64,000 nucleotides of DNA from Marsupella aquatica (Eukaryota; Plantae; Marchantiophyta). The translations under genes and the position numbers were made by a program. The DNA lies in contig OZ316896.1 of the NCBI GenBank assembly GCA_973895155.1, positions 22,649,722-22,713,721 on the forward strand. The letters run 5' to 3'. Shown here piece after piece: positions 62,099 to 64,000 of this stretch (position 1 is the first letter of the stretch; each line of letters starts with the position of its first letter). The notes under the pieces are model-generated. The model was given only the letters and a program-made list of their open reading frames with translations. It did no database searches and was not told where the DNA came from.

Positions 62099-62932
62099 TA
62101 GGTTTTTTAGAGTACAAAAATCAATGTGCTAGCATTGCGTGATATTAATTGCAATAGAAAACTTATCTTCCACCACCTTCACCTTCCATAGCATTCACTT
62201 TTAAACCACAACTGTCCAGGCATATAAAAGGGCATACTCCCCTGCCCAGGCACTGTTCATTTTTGTCTCCCATGCTTAGGCTGAAAGTGATTGTTGGCAC
62301 CACCTTGCACCTCTAAACCTATTTGAAGGGGAAATTAATGGTTAAATCCTGGCAACCAAACTCTACTCAACATGCCAAGAGAATGGCACCATATGTAGAT
62401 TTTTAGTCAATAATCAATTGAACTGAATTGAACTCTGACTTCTTAGCATGCAAAGAGACGATAGCATAGGAGTGCCCCTCTCTCAGGAATCTCTCTCCCT
62501 CTTTTTTTATTGGATTGAATACATCAAGAATACAATAATATCTTCAGGCAGGTCCTTAAATGGACGAGAAACTAGATTGAGAGTCTTCTTTGATCCTGCC
62601 AGCAAGCTATCTACAAGAGCAGCCTGGTTAGTTTGACTAGTAATTAAACCACACCTACCACTATAAAAGCCTCATTCCATGTCTCACTATTCACCATAAA
62701 AGGTGGAAGACTAGCACTTTTTGTGGAGTACTTATCAAAAAAAGATTTTGCAGTCAACACCTTTTGTGGAGCTCAAAGCCCATTCCTGAACCTTTGCTCT
62801 TTACAATGAGAGCTATGGGTTACCCATAGCCCTTTATAGGGGCAGTTTTGGTTTAATTGTTCTTGCCAGTTCAGATATAGGAGTAATTGGTATCAAACCA
62901 CGAGCTACTCAAGCAATTGCCAATGAACAAGC

Positions 62933-63242
62933 TGTTAGGATTTACTCTTAGGTCTAGAGTTATAACTGTACCGTAGTTAAGACTAACCTTAGTCGCAGAC
63001 TTGGTTAGGTTAGTCATGTTGTGCATACTCTATAACCAAACGGTGTTTGCTTGGAGAGTGGGAACTCAGGCTCATTGTTACGGAACTAGTTGAGAGATAG
63101 AGAGAGCTTTCACTGTGGATGCTTGGTATGGCCGGTCGGCCTAGAGTGCAGTAAAGCTCATGTGTGTTCTCGTGGACGTAACCTCATGTGGAGGTGAACC
63201 ACGTATCTCTCTGTGTCAACTCTTGTGCGTTGCACTACAACA
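62933..63242 (+). mobile_element. Possible solo/partial copia-type LTR
   Basis: TGTTAG..CAACA ends and the motif gtggacgta..gaaccacgta.ctct.tgtgt, common in plant copia LTRs. No matching TSD, PBS or PPT. Confidence 0.4.
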
Positions 63243-64000
63243 TATTTGACACTTTTGCGAAGGTATTTTTGTCGACGCTCTTGTATTTCTGATGGGCGGC
63301 GCTTTGCATATTTTGCGAATCAACCCGTATCGCAATTTGCGATTCTATCCCTATCGCAAATATAATAGCTGAAGCGCATTATATCGCTAATAAATTGCGA
63401 AGTAAGTGGTTTTGCAATTTTTACCGAAATGCGTCGAATGGAAAGGCACCTTCCGAAGACGGAAAAATCGCTCGCCGACTCCGAAACTAACTCATGTAAA
63501 TATTTGCGAAGATTGGATGGTTGATGGGCTTGTCGTTGCGATTGTCGTTTATGCTTAACACAAGCCATGTTAGAGAATTTGCGTCAGTTGCCTGGCTATG
63601 GATGGCTATTGGGACAATTATGAGGCCTGCTGCAAAGCTGGAAATGTCACACCTTGCCCAAACTAAGAACAAACAAATTACACTAATTAGTGTAGTTCAG
63701 CCAACATCAATTCTTCAAGCTTCTAGTCGCGGAACTTGATTACCTTAACACTTAGCTCCAGCGTTGTTGACTTTGACGTCGAGCTTCCTTATGATCTAGG
63801 CCCGAAACGGCCATCCAGGGAGGACTTAGCATGGGGAGACTTGTGGGTAATGGGACGTGGCACTGGTGAAGGCAACTGAAGGCGCTAAGCTGACACACAC
63901 TAGGTAATTAGACTAGCTAGTTGAGGGTTGGTCAGATCAAGGGGGAAAGGGCCGGGCTCAAGGTAGTCCGTCCGGACCCCGGACGGAATTTGAGTTCTAA

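Noticed and set aside
63300-63510. gcga/tcgc-rich patch with a possible single hAT-like end
   Set aside because: No partner TIR or TSD found.

Overview
Eukaryotic, repeat-rich plant-like genomic DNA (lineage not determinable here). Left half: a head-to-head inverted segmental duplication (~3170-7860 vs ~16590-26900) carries two F-box/kelch genes, each broken by a different single lesion. A 6.8-kb TA-flanked pogo/DDE_1-type DNA transposon with extra ORFs sits in the spacer, and a decayed Ty1/copia element (non-canonical TG..GA LTRs, nested MITE) sits in the right arm. Further relics of the kelch locus lie at 15.8-16.6, 28.5-30.3 and 33-35.6 kb. Right half: a tandem array of three intronless CYP77/CYP89-like P450s (two intact, one frameshifted), with a young full-length copia upstream of the middle copy, back-to-back Helitron-like ends, MITEs and LINE relics. 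The most unusual item is an intact antisense ORF between pol and the 3' LTR of the second copia. It encodes a stand-alone RNase H1 N-terminal hybrid-binding (caulimovirus viroplasmin-like) domain with a hydrophobic N-terminus. All calls were made by eye, without database searches.
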